64,000 nucleotides of DNA from Anaeramoeba ignava BMAN (taxonomy: Eukaryota; Protista; Anaeramoebae), in NCBI GenBank assembly GCA_028826165.1, contig JAPDFW010000098.1, forward strand, positions 180,255-244,254, written 5' to 3'. The notes under the pieces are model-generated. The model was not told where the DNA came from. It made no database searches and saw only the letters and a list, made by a program, of their open reading frames with translations. Made by a program: the position numbers and the translations under genes. Positions 27,128 through 38,933 of this stretch are shown here, piece by piece (the stretch's first letter is position 1; each line of letters starts with the position of its first letter).

Positions 27128-29032
27128 ATGATTAAATTTCCAAAACTTTTTACAACCTTTTCATTCAATAATCCAATCAATTCAAATAAAATTGAAAACT
27201 ATTTAAATATTTCAACAAATCAATTTGATTATCAAAAAAAAACAAATATAAATGAATCAAGTTTAATAAGTAAACAAAATAAAGGAAAATTTAGATCAAA
27301 TTACAATCAAAAAAAGAATTTAAAAGGAATTGAATTAATTAAAGAAAAAAGAATGAAGAAAAAAACAAGTTTAGAAAAAGGAAATTCAAAAAGAATAAAT
27401 TTAAGAGATGATTATTTAGCAATTGATAAAGAAATGGATATTGATAATCAATTAATTCAAAATGATTTAAATGAAAATGATTTAATTCAAAGTGATTTAA
27501 TTCAAAATGATTTAATTCAAAATCAATTAATTCAAAATGATTTAATTCAAAATGATTTAATTCAAAGTGATTTAATTCAAAATGATTTAATTCAAAGTGA
27601 TTTAATTCAAAATGATTTAATTCAAAATGATTTAATTCAAAATGATTTAATTCAAAATGATTTAATTCAAAATGATTTAATTCAAAATGATTTAAATGAA
27701 AATGATTTAATTCAAAATGATTTAATTCAAAATGATTTAATTCAAAATGATTTAATTCAAAATGATTTAATTCAAAATGATTTAATTCAAAATGATTTTA
27801 ATATTCAAAAAAAACCATTCAAATCTAATATTGATAAACATGTTAGTCTTCCAACTTTTGATCACATTCCAAATAATTTTGGCTCTTATCCATTTAATAT
27901 CAATCAAAAAATTCATCAAAAAATCAAGAAAAAATTAGAAATCCTATTTGAAAAATTTCTTAATCAAACAAAAGAAGAATCAAAAAAATCATTCACTAAT
28001 TTTTGTACTTTCCAGATCAATTCAAATCAAATCGATCCAAATAAACGAGAACATTTAAAATCAAGATTCAACTCACTTTCTCAAATTAATTTTGCCAATC
28101 GCTGTTTAACAGATAACCATCTTGAAATGATGTTAGAAAAAGAAAAAAGCTTCCAAAAAGAAAAGATCCAAAATTCCAAAATTCACAATCAAAATTATCG
28201 GAATAAAATGATTGATTCCATTTCATTTTCTTGTCACGAACTTGATCTTACGAAAGAAACCTTTTATTTATCAATTGAATATTTTGAACGTTTGATTAAT
28301 TTAATTCCAAATAAAATTTCACATCAAGAAAAATTGTATCAAAACGCTTGCATATTACTTGCTGCTAAAATGAATGAAGAAGAGGTTCCTTCAATTTCTC
28401 TTTTTGCTCCTTTCTTTGAATTTGATCAAAATTACGATCAAAAATTGATCGAAGCTGAAAAGGAAATTTTAAAAATATTCAATTATAAATTAACAGATCC
28501 AACAATTAACAGTTTTTTGATTTATTTTTTGGATCGAGCAAGATGGTGTTTCCCAATAGAATCCTTTCCAAGCTTGGCTAAAGGTAGCATAGATTATGAT
28601 TTGGTTCACGAGTATTCAAGTATTATTTCACATATTCCGAAAAAGCATGATCAACTTCAAAATCCAAAAGATATTCAATTTGTGGAACGTTTTTTCAAGA
28701 TTCCAAAATTCCCAAAGGATCTGTATTGGATCATTTGTGAGATTATTAATCTTGCTCTTCGTGATGTTAAAAGCCTTCAATTCCAACCGAGTCTTATTGC
28801 AGCTGCTGCTTTTTCTTGTTATTTTCGTGATCCAAAACTTGTTGAATTAATTACAACTTTTTCTCAAGAAAATTTATTTCAATGTAAAAATTGGATTTCA
28901 AAATATGATCGTTCTCAAAGAAGAGCATTTAAAATCAATGATGAATTTCTTGATTTGATTAAAGAAGATGAAGTTTTTTTTCATTTTCATAACGTATCAG
29001 CTAATGAATTTATAAGAAGATTTTTAGATTAA
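27128..29032 (+). CDS. Cyclin (cyclin E/A-like box) with internal (NDLIQ)n repeat, intronless
   Basis: Cyclin box R..MID....L..ETFYLSIEYFER and ACILLAAKMNEE..P, plus a cyclin-E-like C-terminal helix pattern (EIINLALRDVKSLQFQPSLIAAAAF). Confidence 0.85.
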   Translation: MIKFPKLFTTFSFNNPINSNKIENYLNISTNQFDYQKKTNINESSLISKQNKGKFRSNYNQKKNLKGIELIKEKRMKKKTSLEKGNSKRINLRDDYLAIDKEMDIDNQLIQNDLNENDLIQSDLIQNDLIQNQLIQNDLIQNDLIQSDLIQNDLIQSDLIQNDLIQNDLIQNDLIQNDLIQNDLIQNDLNENDLIQNDLIQNDLIQNDLIQNDLIQNDLIQNDFNIQKKPFKSNIDKHVSLPTFDHIPNNFGSYPFNINQKIHQKIKKKLEILFEKFLNQTKEESKKSFTNFCTFQINSNQIDPNKREHLKSRFNSLSQINFANRCLTDNHLEMMLEKEKSFQKEKIQNSKIHNQNYRNKMIDSISFSCHELDLTKETFYLSIEYFERLINLIPNKISHQEKLYQNACILLAAKMNEEEVPSISLFAPFFEFDQNYDQKLIEAEKEILKIFNYKLTDPTINSFLIYFLDRARWCFPIESFPSLAKGSIDYDLVHEYSSIISHIPKKHDQLQNPKDIQFVERFFKIPKFPKDLYWIICEIINLALRDVKSLQFQPSLIAAAAFSCYFRDPKLVELITTFSQENLFQCKNWISKYDRSQRRAFKINDEFLDLIKEDEVFFHFHNVSANEFIRRFLD

Positions 29033-29253
29033 AATGCAAAAATTTGAACTAGTGAAAAATTTTATTCTTCTTTTTTTTCCATTTAATTTTAATTTTTAAT
29101 TTTCTTTTTAAGTTTAATTTTTCTTTTTAATTTTGATTTTTTAGTTTCATTTAGATTTCTAATTTCAACATTAAAAATTTTTAGTTGCAAAAAAATTTTT
29201 TCATTTTTTCATTAATTCAAAATAAAAATAAAAATAAAAATAAAATAGAAAAA

Positions 29254-32200
29254 ATGTCTGAAAAAGAATCACAAAATGAATTAATAGAAACAGATACAGA
29301 TATAAATGAGAGTGAAAGTGAAAATGAAAATGAAAATAAAAAAATTCCAAAACGTTCTTGGCAAAAGCTTTTATTGTTGAGTATATGTTTAGCTGGTGTT
29401 ATATTTGCTTATGCTCAACAAATTGGTCAAATGACTGCATTTTTTCGTGAATTAGGTCTTTCTCAAACAGTTGTATCAATAATGTAATTAATTATTTATA
29501 AAATTATTTATAAAATTATTTATAAAATTATTTACAAAATTATTTATAAAATTAATTATAAAATTATTTATAAAATTAATTATAAAATTATTTATAAAAT
29601 TAATTATAAAATTAAATATAAAATTATTTATAAGTTTATTACAAGTTTATTTATAAAATTATTTATAAAATTATTTATAAGTTTATTTATAAGTTTATTT
29701 ACAAGTTTATTTATAAGTTTATTTATAAAATTATTTACAAAATTATATATAAAATTATTTATAAAATTATTTATAAAATTATTTATAAAATTATTTATAA
29801 AATTATTTATAAAATTAAATATAAAATTATTTATAAAATTATTTATAAAATTATTTATAAAATTATTTATAAAATTATTTATAAAATTATTTATAAAATT
29901 ATTTATAAAATTTTATAAAATTATTTTATAAAATTATTTATAAAAAATATAATTATTTATAAAATTATTTATAAAATTATTTATAAAAATTATTTATAAA
30001 ATTTATTTATAAAATTATTTATAAAATTATTTATAAAATTATTTATAAAATTATTTTAAAATTAATAAAAATTATTTATTATTTATAAAAATTATTTATA
30101 AAATTATTTACAAAATTATTTATAAAATTATTTATAAAATTATTTATAAAAATTATTTATAAAATTATTTATAAAATTATTTACAAAATTATTTATAAAA
30201 TTATTTATAAAATTATTTACAAGTTTATTTATAAGTTTATTTACAAAATTATTTACAAGTTTATTTACAAGTTTATTTACAAGTTTATTTACAAGTTTAT
30301 TTACAAGTTTATTTACAAATTTATTTATAAGTTTATTTATAAAATTATTTATTTATATAAAATTATTTATAAAATTATTTATTTATAAAATTATTTATAA
30401 AATTATTTACAAGTTTATTTTAAAATTAAGTTTATTTATAAAATTATTTACAAGTTTATTTACAAAGTTTATTTACAAGTTTATTTACAAGTTTATTTTA
30501 CAAGTTTATTTTATAAAATTATTCATTTATAAATTTATTTAAGTTTATTTATAAGTTTATTTTTAAAAGTTTATTTTAAAATTTATTTATAAAATTATTT
30601 ATAAAATTATTTATAAAATTATTTATAAAATTATTTATAAGTTTATTTACAAGTTTATTTACAAGTTTATTTACAAGTTTATACAAGTTTACAAAAGTTT
30701 ATTTATAAAATTATTTATAAAATTATTTATAAGTTTATTTATAAAATTATTTATAAAATTATTTATAAGTTTATTTATAAAATTATTTATAAAATTATTT
30801 ATAAAATTATTTATAAAATTATTTATAAAATTATTTATAAAATTATTTATAAGTTTATTTATAAGTTTATTTATAAAATTATTTACAAGTTTATTTACAA
30901 GTTTATTTACAAGTTTATTTATAAATTTAATTATAAAATTATTTATAAAATTATTTATAAAATTATTTATAAAATTATTTATAAAATTATTTATAAAATT
31001 ATTTATAAAATTATTTATAAAATTATTTACAAAATTATTTATAAAATTATTTATAAAATTATTTATAAAATTATTTATAAAATTATTTATATAAAATTAT
31101 TTATAAAATTATTTATATAATAGATGGGTTGCTGGTCCAATAAGTGGATTTTTAGTACAACCCCTTGTTGGAATTTGGAGTGATCGGTAAAAAAAATTTA
31201 ATTGAGTTATTAATCAAAATTAATAAAAAAATATATAAAACTAGATCCACAAGTAGATGGGGAAGAAGACGTCCATTCTTACTTGGAGGTGCTATTTTTG
31301 TGGTTTTATCCGAAATTTTGGTTTCTAATTCACGTGATTTAGGATCTAAAATGGGTGACACACCATCTCATAATCCAGCAGCAATTACTCTTGCTGTAAT
31401 CGGATTTTGGATTATGGATCTTGCTAATAACACACTTCAAGGTCCAAGTAGAGCTTTATTAGCTGATTGGGCACCTGATTACCAACAAAAACTTGGAAGC
31501 GCGTTTTTTTCTCTTTGGGTTGGTGTTGGAAATGTTGGTGGTTATTTTTCTGGTTCTGTTGACTGGTAATGTCAGTTTGAAAAAAAAAAGGAAAAAAAAA
31601 TTTTTTTTCTTTTCAGTTTTTGATCAAATTTGATCAAAAGGTGAAAAAAAAGTTTTATTCTTTTAAATTGGAAAATCTTTTTTCTTGATTCTGAATTCTT
31701 TTTATTTAGGTCGAGTTATTTTTCCACTTTTGAAACGAGTAATTGCAAAAATGCTTGTGCAAATTTAAGATTTTCTTTTATGATTGGAGGAATTATAATT
31801 TTAACAACAAATCTAATCACACTTTTTGCAATTAAAGAAGAAAGATTTATAAAAAGCAAAAATAAGAACAAAAAAGCGCCGAATCCATTTACTATGTTAT
31901 TCAAAGGAATTACAAAGCAACCGAAATGGTTCAAATTGGTTAATCTTGTGAATTTTTTAAGTTGGATTGGTTGGTATTGTTTTTTTATGTATGGAACAGA
32001 TTGGTTTGGAAGTAGGATTTATAACGGAAAACCCAAAAATCCATGTCCCGATTATCCAAAACATTCGGATTGTTTAAAGTATGAAAAGGGAGTAGCAAGA
32101 GGATCACTTGCATTAACATTTGAATCAGGATTATGTTTAATACTTTCGCCATTTGTGCCCAGAATTATTGACAAAATTGGGATCAAAATTACATATTTTA

Positions 32201-32676
32201 TCGGACAAGTTGTTTTTGGAATTGTTTTATGTTTGACAGTTTTTGTGAGAAATGAAGCTGTTGCAATGATAATGTTTGCTTTTGTTGGAATTCCTTTAGC
32301 AACAACAATGATTATTCCATATACGATTATAGGCAAATTAGCGCCTAAAAAAGATAATGGTTTATTTATGGGAATTCGTAACTTATTTGTTGTTATTCCT
32401 CAATTAATTGTTTCACTTACAATGGGTGCTTTGGTTTCTCATCCTTTCAAAGGAAATTCTTCTTGGGCAATGTTTGTTGGTGGTATTTTTGAGTTTGTTG
32501 GTGCTGGTTGTGTTTTTCTGTTGATTGTTGATAAATCTGAACTTTCTGTTGAAGAAAAGAAAAAATTATTAGAAAATGAAAATGAAAATGAAAATGGAAA
32601 TGAAAATGAAATTGAAAATGAGATTGGAATTGGAATTGGAATTGGAATTGAAAATGAGAATGAAAATGAAAATTGA
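29254..32676 (+). CDS. Sucrose/H+ symporter-like MFS transporter (SUT/SLC45 family), 4 exons
   Basis: [49 protein letters not shown], TDWFG and GIRNLFVVIPQL motifs. Confidence 0.92.
29490..31120. repeat. (AAAATTATTTAT)n / (AAGTTTATTTAC)n 12-mer satellite in SUT intron 1
   Basis: Visible tandem 12-mers. The same unit family occurs in introns at about 7215-7725 and 12850-13365. Confidence 0.9.
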
Positions 32677-32779
32677 GATTGGAATTGATCCAAAAATTGA
32701 TCCAAAAAATATTGTTAATTGATTTAAAATTTTTTTTATTTGAAAGTAAACAAATCTTTTTTTTTAAACTTTATTTTAC

Positions 32780-34285
32780 ATTTTTATTTGATTAAATTAT
32801 AATTAAATAATTTTATAATTTAAATTAATTTTTTTAAATTTATTTATTGATTATTTTTATTCCACTTTTTTTTAATTAAATTATAACTTAAATAAATAAT
32901 TATTTTATTTATAAATAAATTAATAATTTTAAATAGAAATATTGAATAAATTATTTTATAATTTAAATTAATTTTTTTAAATTAATTTATTTATTATTTT
33001 TATTCCACTTTTTTTTAATTAAATTATAAGTTAAATAAATTAATATTTTATTTATAAATTAATTAATATCTTTAAATAGAAATATTGAATAAATAATTTT
33101 ATAATTTAAATTAATTTTTAAACTTATTTATTGATTATTTTTATTCCACTTTTTTTTAATTAAATTATAAGTTAAATAAATTAATATTTTATTTATAAAT
33201 AAATTAATAATTTTTGAATAGAAATATTGAATAAATAGTTTTATAATTTAAATTAATTTTTTTAAATTTATTTATTGATTATTTTTATTCCACTTTTTTT
33301 TAATTAAATTATAACTTAAATAAATAATTATTTTATTTATAAATAAATAAATATTTTTGAATAGAAATATTGAATAAATAATTTTATAATTTAAATTAAT
33401 TTTTTAAATTAATTTATTTATTATTTTTATTCCAATTTTTTTTAATTAAATTATAAGTTAAATAAATTAATATTTTATTTATAAATAAATTAATAATTTT
33501 TGAATAGAAATATTGAATAAATAGTTTTATAATTTAAATTAATTTTTTTATACTTATTTATTTATTATTTTTATTCCACTTTTTTTTAATTAAATTATAA
33601 GTTAAATAAATTAATATTTTATTTATAAATAAATTAATAATTTTGAATAGAAATATTGAATAAATAATTTTATAATTTAAATTAATTTTTTTAAACTTAT
33701 TTATTGATTATTTTTATTCCACTTTTTAATTAAATTATAAGTTAAATAAATAATTATTTTATTTATAAATTAAATTAATATCTTTGAATAGAAATATTGA
33801 ATAAATAATTTTATAATTTAAATTAATTTTTTTAAACTTATTTATTGATTATTTTTATTCCACTTTTTAATTAAATTATAACTTAAATAAATAATTATTT
33901 TATTTATAAATAAATAAATATTTTTGAATAGAAATATTGAATAAATAATTTTATAATTTAAATTAATTTTTTTAAATTAATTTATTTATTATTTTTATTC
34001 CAATTTTTTTTAATTAAATTATAAGTTAAATAAATTAATATTTTATTTATAAATAAATTAATAATTTTGAATAGAAATATTGAATAAATTGTTTTATAAT
34101 TTAAATTAATTTTTTTATACTTATTTATTTATTATTTTTATTCCACTTTTTTTTAATTAAATTATAAGTTAAATAAATAATTATTTTATTTATAAATAAA
34201 TTAATATTTTTGAATAGAAATATTGAATAAATTGTTTTATAATTTAAATTAATTTTTTTAAACTTATTTATTGATTATTTTTATT
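32780..34285. repeat. Tandem array of ~142-143 bp monomers (about 10.5 copies)
   Basis: TCCACTTTT/TCCAATTTT anchors at 32861, 33004, 33145, 33289, 33431, 33575, 33718, 33859, 33999 and 34142. Confidence 0.93.
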
Positions 34286-34466
34286 AGGATTAAGATTTAA
34301 TTAAAAAAAAAAAGAAAGAAATAATAATTAATCATTAAATACAAAAAATTAATAATTTAAATAAAAAATTTAAATAAAAAATTTTTTTCCTTTTTTCTTT
34401 TTTTCATTTTTTTTCCCTTTTTTAAATTGTTTTTCTTTTTATTTTTGTTATTATTATTATTATTGA

Positions 34467-37196
34467 ATGAAAAACGTTTTCAAAACAAAGAATAACGTAC
34501 AATTAAACTTATTAAAAAATGAAACAAAAAAACAAAAGAAGAATAATTTAGAAAAACAAAAAAATCAAAAAAATCAAAACAAATTTGAAAAAGAATTATA
34601 TTTTCCAAATCAAAATGAAGATTTTGCAAAAAAAACACCATTTATTTCTTTTAACGAACAACCGGAAATAAATAAAAGTTTTGAAAGCAATTCAAATAAA
34701 ATGGATAATATAATTCCACGTGTTTTTGATTATAAAAAATCTCAAGAAGAAACAAATGCTAAATGTAAAGATGATAAATGTCAAATTGAAGGAAAAATTG
34801 ATAAAAAACCAAAAATTAATACTAATGCAAATGTTAATGTCAATTTTACTTCATTTTTGTTAATGAATAATCATAAATCAAATGTTTATTTTTATGATAA
34901 TTCGTTTAATTATTATGAAAAATTGAACAAAAATGAAAATGAAATTGAAAATGAAATTGAAATTGAAAATGAAATTGAAATTGAAAATCAAAATCAAAAT
35001 CAAAATCAAAATCAAAATCAAAATCAAAATCAAAATCAAAATCAAAATCAAAATCAAAATCAAAATGAAAATCAAAATCAAAATCAAAATAAAAATCAAA
35101 ATCAAAATCAAAATAATAAAAATCAAAATCAAAATCAAAATCAAAATCAAAATAAAAATCAAAATCAAAATCAAAATGAAATTGAAATTGAAAATCAAAA
35201 TGAAAATGAAAATCAAAATCAAAATCAAAATCAAAATGAAAATCAAAATCAAAATGAAATTGAAATTGAAAGTAAAAATCAAATTAAAAATCAAAATCAA
35301 AATCAAAATCAAAATCAAAATCAAAATCAAAATCAAAATGAAATTGAAAGTAAAAATCAAATTAAAAATCAAAAAATAAAAATAAATACCAAAAAAACAC
35401 AAAAAAATACTAACATAAAAAATAACGAACAAAAAAACAAAACTCAAATTAATATCAAAAAAGAAGAAGAGGAAAAAGAAGAAAAAGAAGAAAAAGAAAA
35501 AACGGAATTTTATGAAAAAGCATTTGAAGAGATGAAAAAATTATCAGAAGAAGTATTTCGAATATCAAAAAACGGAAAAGAAGAAAGAAAAGAAGAAAGA
35601 AAAAGAAGAAAAAGAAGAAAAAGAAGAAAAAAAAGAAGAAAAAAAAGAAGAAAAAAAAGAAGAAAAACGAGACAGTTTTAAATATGCAATATGGAAAAAA
35701 GAGCAAAAATATTTACATGAGGATATAAGTATGAAGCTTCATGCGGAGGTGATGGATTTCTATGAACATATAAAACCGAGAGGCGCTGAAATTATATTAC
35801 GAAATGAAGTATTAAAACGAGTAGAAAAATTTATAAAGGAAATTTGGAATGAAGCAGAAATTATATTATATGGATCAAGTGGAAATGGTACATTTTTACC
35901 AAATTCGGATATTGATATTACAATTATTCTTAATAATGATATTTCTAATGACAGGTTAATTAAAAAACTTAGTCAAGAAATTCTTTCTTCTAAAAAAGAA
36001 ATCTTCGCCGTTAATCAAGTTATTGAGACTGCGAAAATCCCTATTATCAAGTTGTTTGATAAACAGTCTCAAATGTTGATTGATATTTCTTTTAATGCTC
36101 CTTCTGGTTCGAAAAGTGTTCAATTGATTAGGAAATATATTAAGATATATCCTCCTTTACAACCTTTACTTTTTGTTTTGAAAAGGTAATTAAAATTAAA
36201 ATTTATTTAAAAATTTATTTTGAAATTAATTTTGAAATTAAAATTAAAATTTATAAAATTTATAGATTCCTCCAAGTTTCTAGACTTAATGAACCATTCC
36301 ATGGTGGAATAGGAAGTTATCCTCTAATCCTCATGCTTGTATCACATTTCCAACTTCATCCAAGTGCTCAAAATCAAAAATATACAACAAATTTAGGATC
36401 ACTTTTAATAGATTTTTTTAATCTTTATTCAAATTTCAATTACATAACAACTGGAATTAATGTTTTGGAAAACGGATCCTATTTTTCTAAACAAGAACTT
36501 GGCTTTTTAAATCCAAATCAACCTGAAATACCAGTTATTATTGATCCTTTAAATCCAACTCTTAATGCTTCAAGAAGTTCTTACTCAATTATTGATTGCA
36601 TTGACTCTTTTAAACTTGCTTTTGATTTACTTTCAAATGATAAAGGTCTCAAATCTATTCTTATTCCTTATAAATTCGAGAAATATTATAATCTTTTATC
36701 TTTTGGAATAATCCCTTTTAATTCTTTTACTCCAAATTATCAAAAAAATTTCAATTTTTATCATCCATATTCAAATCAATCTAAAAATTCAAAAGAAAAT
36801 TTTTTCCAAATTAAAAATTATTCAAATTCAAGAACAAATTATTCAAATTATTCAAATTATTCAAATTATGCAAATTATTCAAATTATTCAAATAATCATG
36901 TTTCTTATCAAAAAAATATTGTTGTTGATTCACGTTCATTTGAACCAAATTCTCGCAAAATAATTTGCAATTATAATCAAAATCAAAATCAAAATCAAAA
37001 TCAATATCAAAATCAAAATCAAAATCAAAATCAAAATCAAAATCAAAATCAAAATCATAAATTTTTTCCAAATCGTAATTATTTTGGTGGAAAATTCCCA
37101 AATTTAGAAGAAGAAGCTCCTCGTAGTCAAAGATATTCAAATAATAGAGAACAAAAAAGACATCGTTATAAAAAATCAAACAGATTTTTCAATTAA
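34467..37196 (+). CDS. Non-canonical poly(A) polymerase Trf4/PAPD5 (TENT4)-like, long QN-rich N-terminus, one intron (about 36186-36265), frameshift in an A-run near 35600
   Basis: LHAEVMDFY, YGS...LPNSDID, AKIPIIK, DISFN, RLNEPFHGGIGSY, NLGSLLIDFF and IDPLNP..NASRSS motifs. Confidence 0.88.
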
Positions 37197-37306
37197 AAAA
37201 ATATGTGTGAAATTTTTTTTAGAAATTGTAAAAATATCAAAAAATAATAATAAAAAGATCATAAAAGGAAAGAAAAGAAAGAAAAGAAAGAAAAGGAAAT
37301 TATTTT

Positions 37307-37387
37307 TTGATAAACTTTTCAAAAATAAAAAAATTTTTCAAATTCGAAATTTATTTTTTTCATTTTTTTTCTTTTTTAAAAATGAAT
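37307..37387 (+). repeat. Direct repeat copy 1 (promoter/leader), duplicated at 38860-38939
   Basis: About 68 nt identical (TTGATAAACTTTTCAAAAATAAAAAAATTTTTCAAATTCGAAATTTATTTTTTTCATTTTTTTTCTTTT), then near-identical through ATGAAT. Confidence 0.9.
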
Positions 37388-38863
37388 CAAGATCAATTTT
37401 TTCAAAATTCTTCAAAATTAATTAACGATTTTAAAAAACTAAGAACTTCTCAAAATCAATTTTCAGATTTTGAAATTATTATTACAAAAGATCCTCAAAA
37501 CAAACAAATCCAAAAAATAATTAATTGCCATAAAGCAATTCTTTCTTGTCGATGTGATTATTTCCAAGCTCTATTCCAAAGTAAAATGAAAGAATATCAA
37601 GAAAACAAAGTCTATTTCAACGATATTTCATCAAATATAATGGAGAATATAATTGATTATCTTTATACTGGAAATATTCCAATCAATTCTGAAAACGCGA
37701 TTGAATTATTAATTTCTTCAAAAAAATTTCTTTTGGATGATCAACTTATTCAAACACTCAATCAATTCATTTACCAAAATTTGGATCCCTCAAATATAAC
37801 TGAAGTTCTCCAATTTGCTTCAAATTTTAATCTGAAAGGATTGCACAGAAAATCCATTGATTTTATTTCGCAAAATTTTGAGAAAGTTAGTTTAACCGAT
37901 CAAATTCTAAAACTGACAGAATCTGAGATTCTTTTAATTTTGAATAATCCAAAAATTTATCCAACTTTTTCTGAAATTGAACTGTTCAATACTTTGATAA
38001 AATGGGCTCAATTCCATTTGAATTATATTGTGAACCCAGAATCAATTGAAAATGAAGAACAATCAAACCAAATCCAAAAATTTATCGCAAAATTCATTCC
38101 GCAGATTCGTTTCTGTGATATTGATAGTGAAAATATCCAGAAAATCAGCAAACTCGAAGTTGTTCCAAAAGGAGTAATGGAAGATATTTGCAAATTCTCA
38201 ATAGCAGAAAAGGAAGAAGGAATGGAATTAATGGAGAAATATAACAAAATGGGGTATTTCATTTTCGAAACGAGAAAAAATACTTTTGGAAAATCAAAAA
38301 TAATCAATCAAAACGATCAACAATTCATTTATGAACTCAAAAAGTGGATTAACAACCCAAATTTTTTAAAGAAAATGGAACTAGGATATTCAGGAAAAGA
38401 AAACGGATGGTTATCAACAGATTTCCATTCAAGATGTGATAACAAGGGAGAAATACTCGTTTTAATAAAAACAAGCAAGGATTGCATTTTTGGAGCTTAT
38501 TCAAAAGTAGGATTTGTTAAGAAGGAAACTCTTTGGAAATCACAAATGGATGAAATTGGGAATATTGATGATCCTGATGCTTTTATTTTTTCACTAGTTA
38601 ATCCAAAAGGTGTTTCTCTTCAGAAATTCCCTGTCAAAGAAGGATTGAGTGCAATTGTTTATTCTCCTTATTGTGGTCCTGATTTTAATGATTTTAGAGT
38701 TGGTGGTTATCCAAAAGAAAAGTTACTTAATACTGTCGATACTTCTTTTTTCGGTTATCATTTCCATTTACCTGATGGAATGAGATATTATACAAAAGCA
38801 TCTCAACAATATTTAACAGGGATAACACCTTGTAAAGTTGTTGAATTGGAAGTTTTTTATTGA
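37382..38863 (+). CDS. BTB-BACK-TLDc protein, intronless
   Basis: SDFEI...CHKAILSCRCDYFQALF (BTB); SEIELFNTLIKW (BACK-like); FHSRCDNKGEILVLIKT...IFGAYS, DAFIFSL, GPDF and VVELEVF (TLDc). Confidence 0.9.
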   Translation: MNQDQFFQNSSKLINDFKKLRTSQNQFSDFEIIITKDPQNKQIQKIINCHKAILSCRCDYFQALFQSKMKEYQENKVYFNDISSNIMENIIDYLYTGNIPINSENAIELLISSKKFLLDDQLIQTLNQFIYQNLDPSNITEVLQFASNFNLKGLHRKSIDFISQNFEKVSLTDQILKLTESEILLILNNPKIYPTFSEIELFNTLIKWAQFHLNYIVNPESIENEEQSNQIQKFIAKFIPQIRFCDIDSENIQKISKLEVVPKGVMEDICKFSIAEKEEGMELMEKYNKMGYFIFETRKNTFGKSKIINQNDQQFIYELKKWINNPNFLKKMELGYSGKENGWLSTDFHSRCDNKGEILVLIKTSKDCIFGAYSKVGFVKKETLWKSQMDEIGNIDDPDAFIFSLVNPKGVSLQKFPVKEGLSAIVYSPYCGPDFNDFRVGGYPKEKLLNTVDTSFFGYHFHLPDGMRYYTKASQQYLTGITPCKVVELEVFY

Positions 38864-38933
38864 TAAACTTTTCAAAAATAAAAAAATTTTTCAAATTCGA
38901 AATTTATTTTTTTCATTTTTTTTCTTTTCAAAA

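Noticed and set aside
32780-34285. CRISPR-like or cassette-like array
   Set aside because: Whole monomers repeat end to end with no unique spacers, and there are no cas or integrase genes. The same applies to the other 145/165 bp arrays.
35570-35690. Programmed ribosomal frameshifting (also near 16140, 51200, 55005, 58385, 63975 and 9400-10020)
   Set aside because: Nearly all breaks are single-base indels in A/T homopolymers, including in conserved housekeeping genes, which is typical of long-read consensus error. Read or RNA data are needed to settle it.
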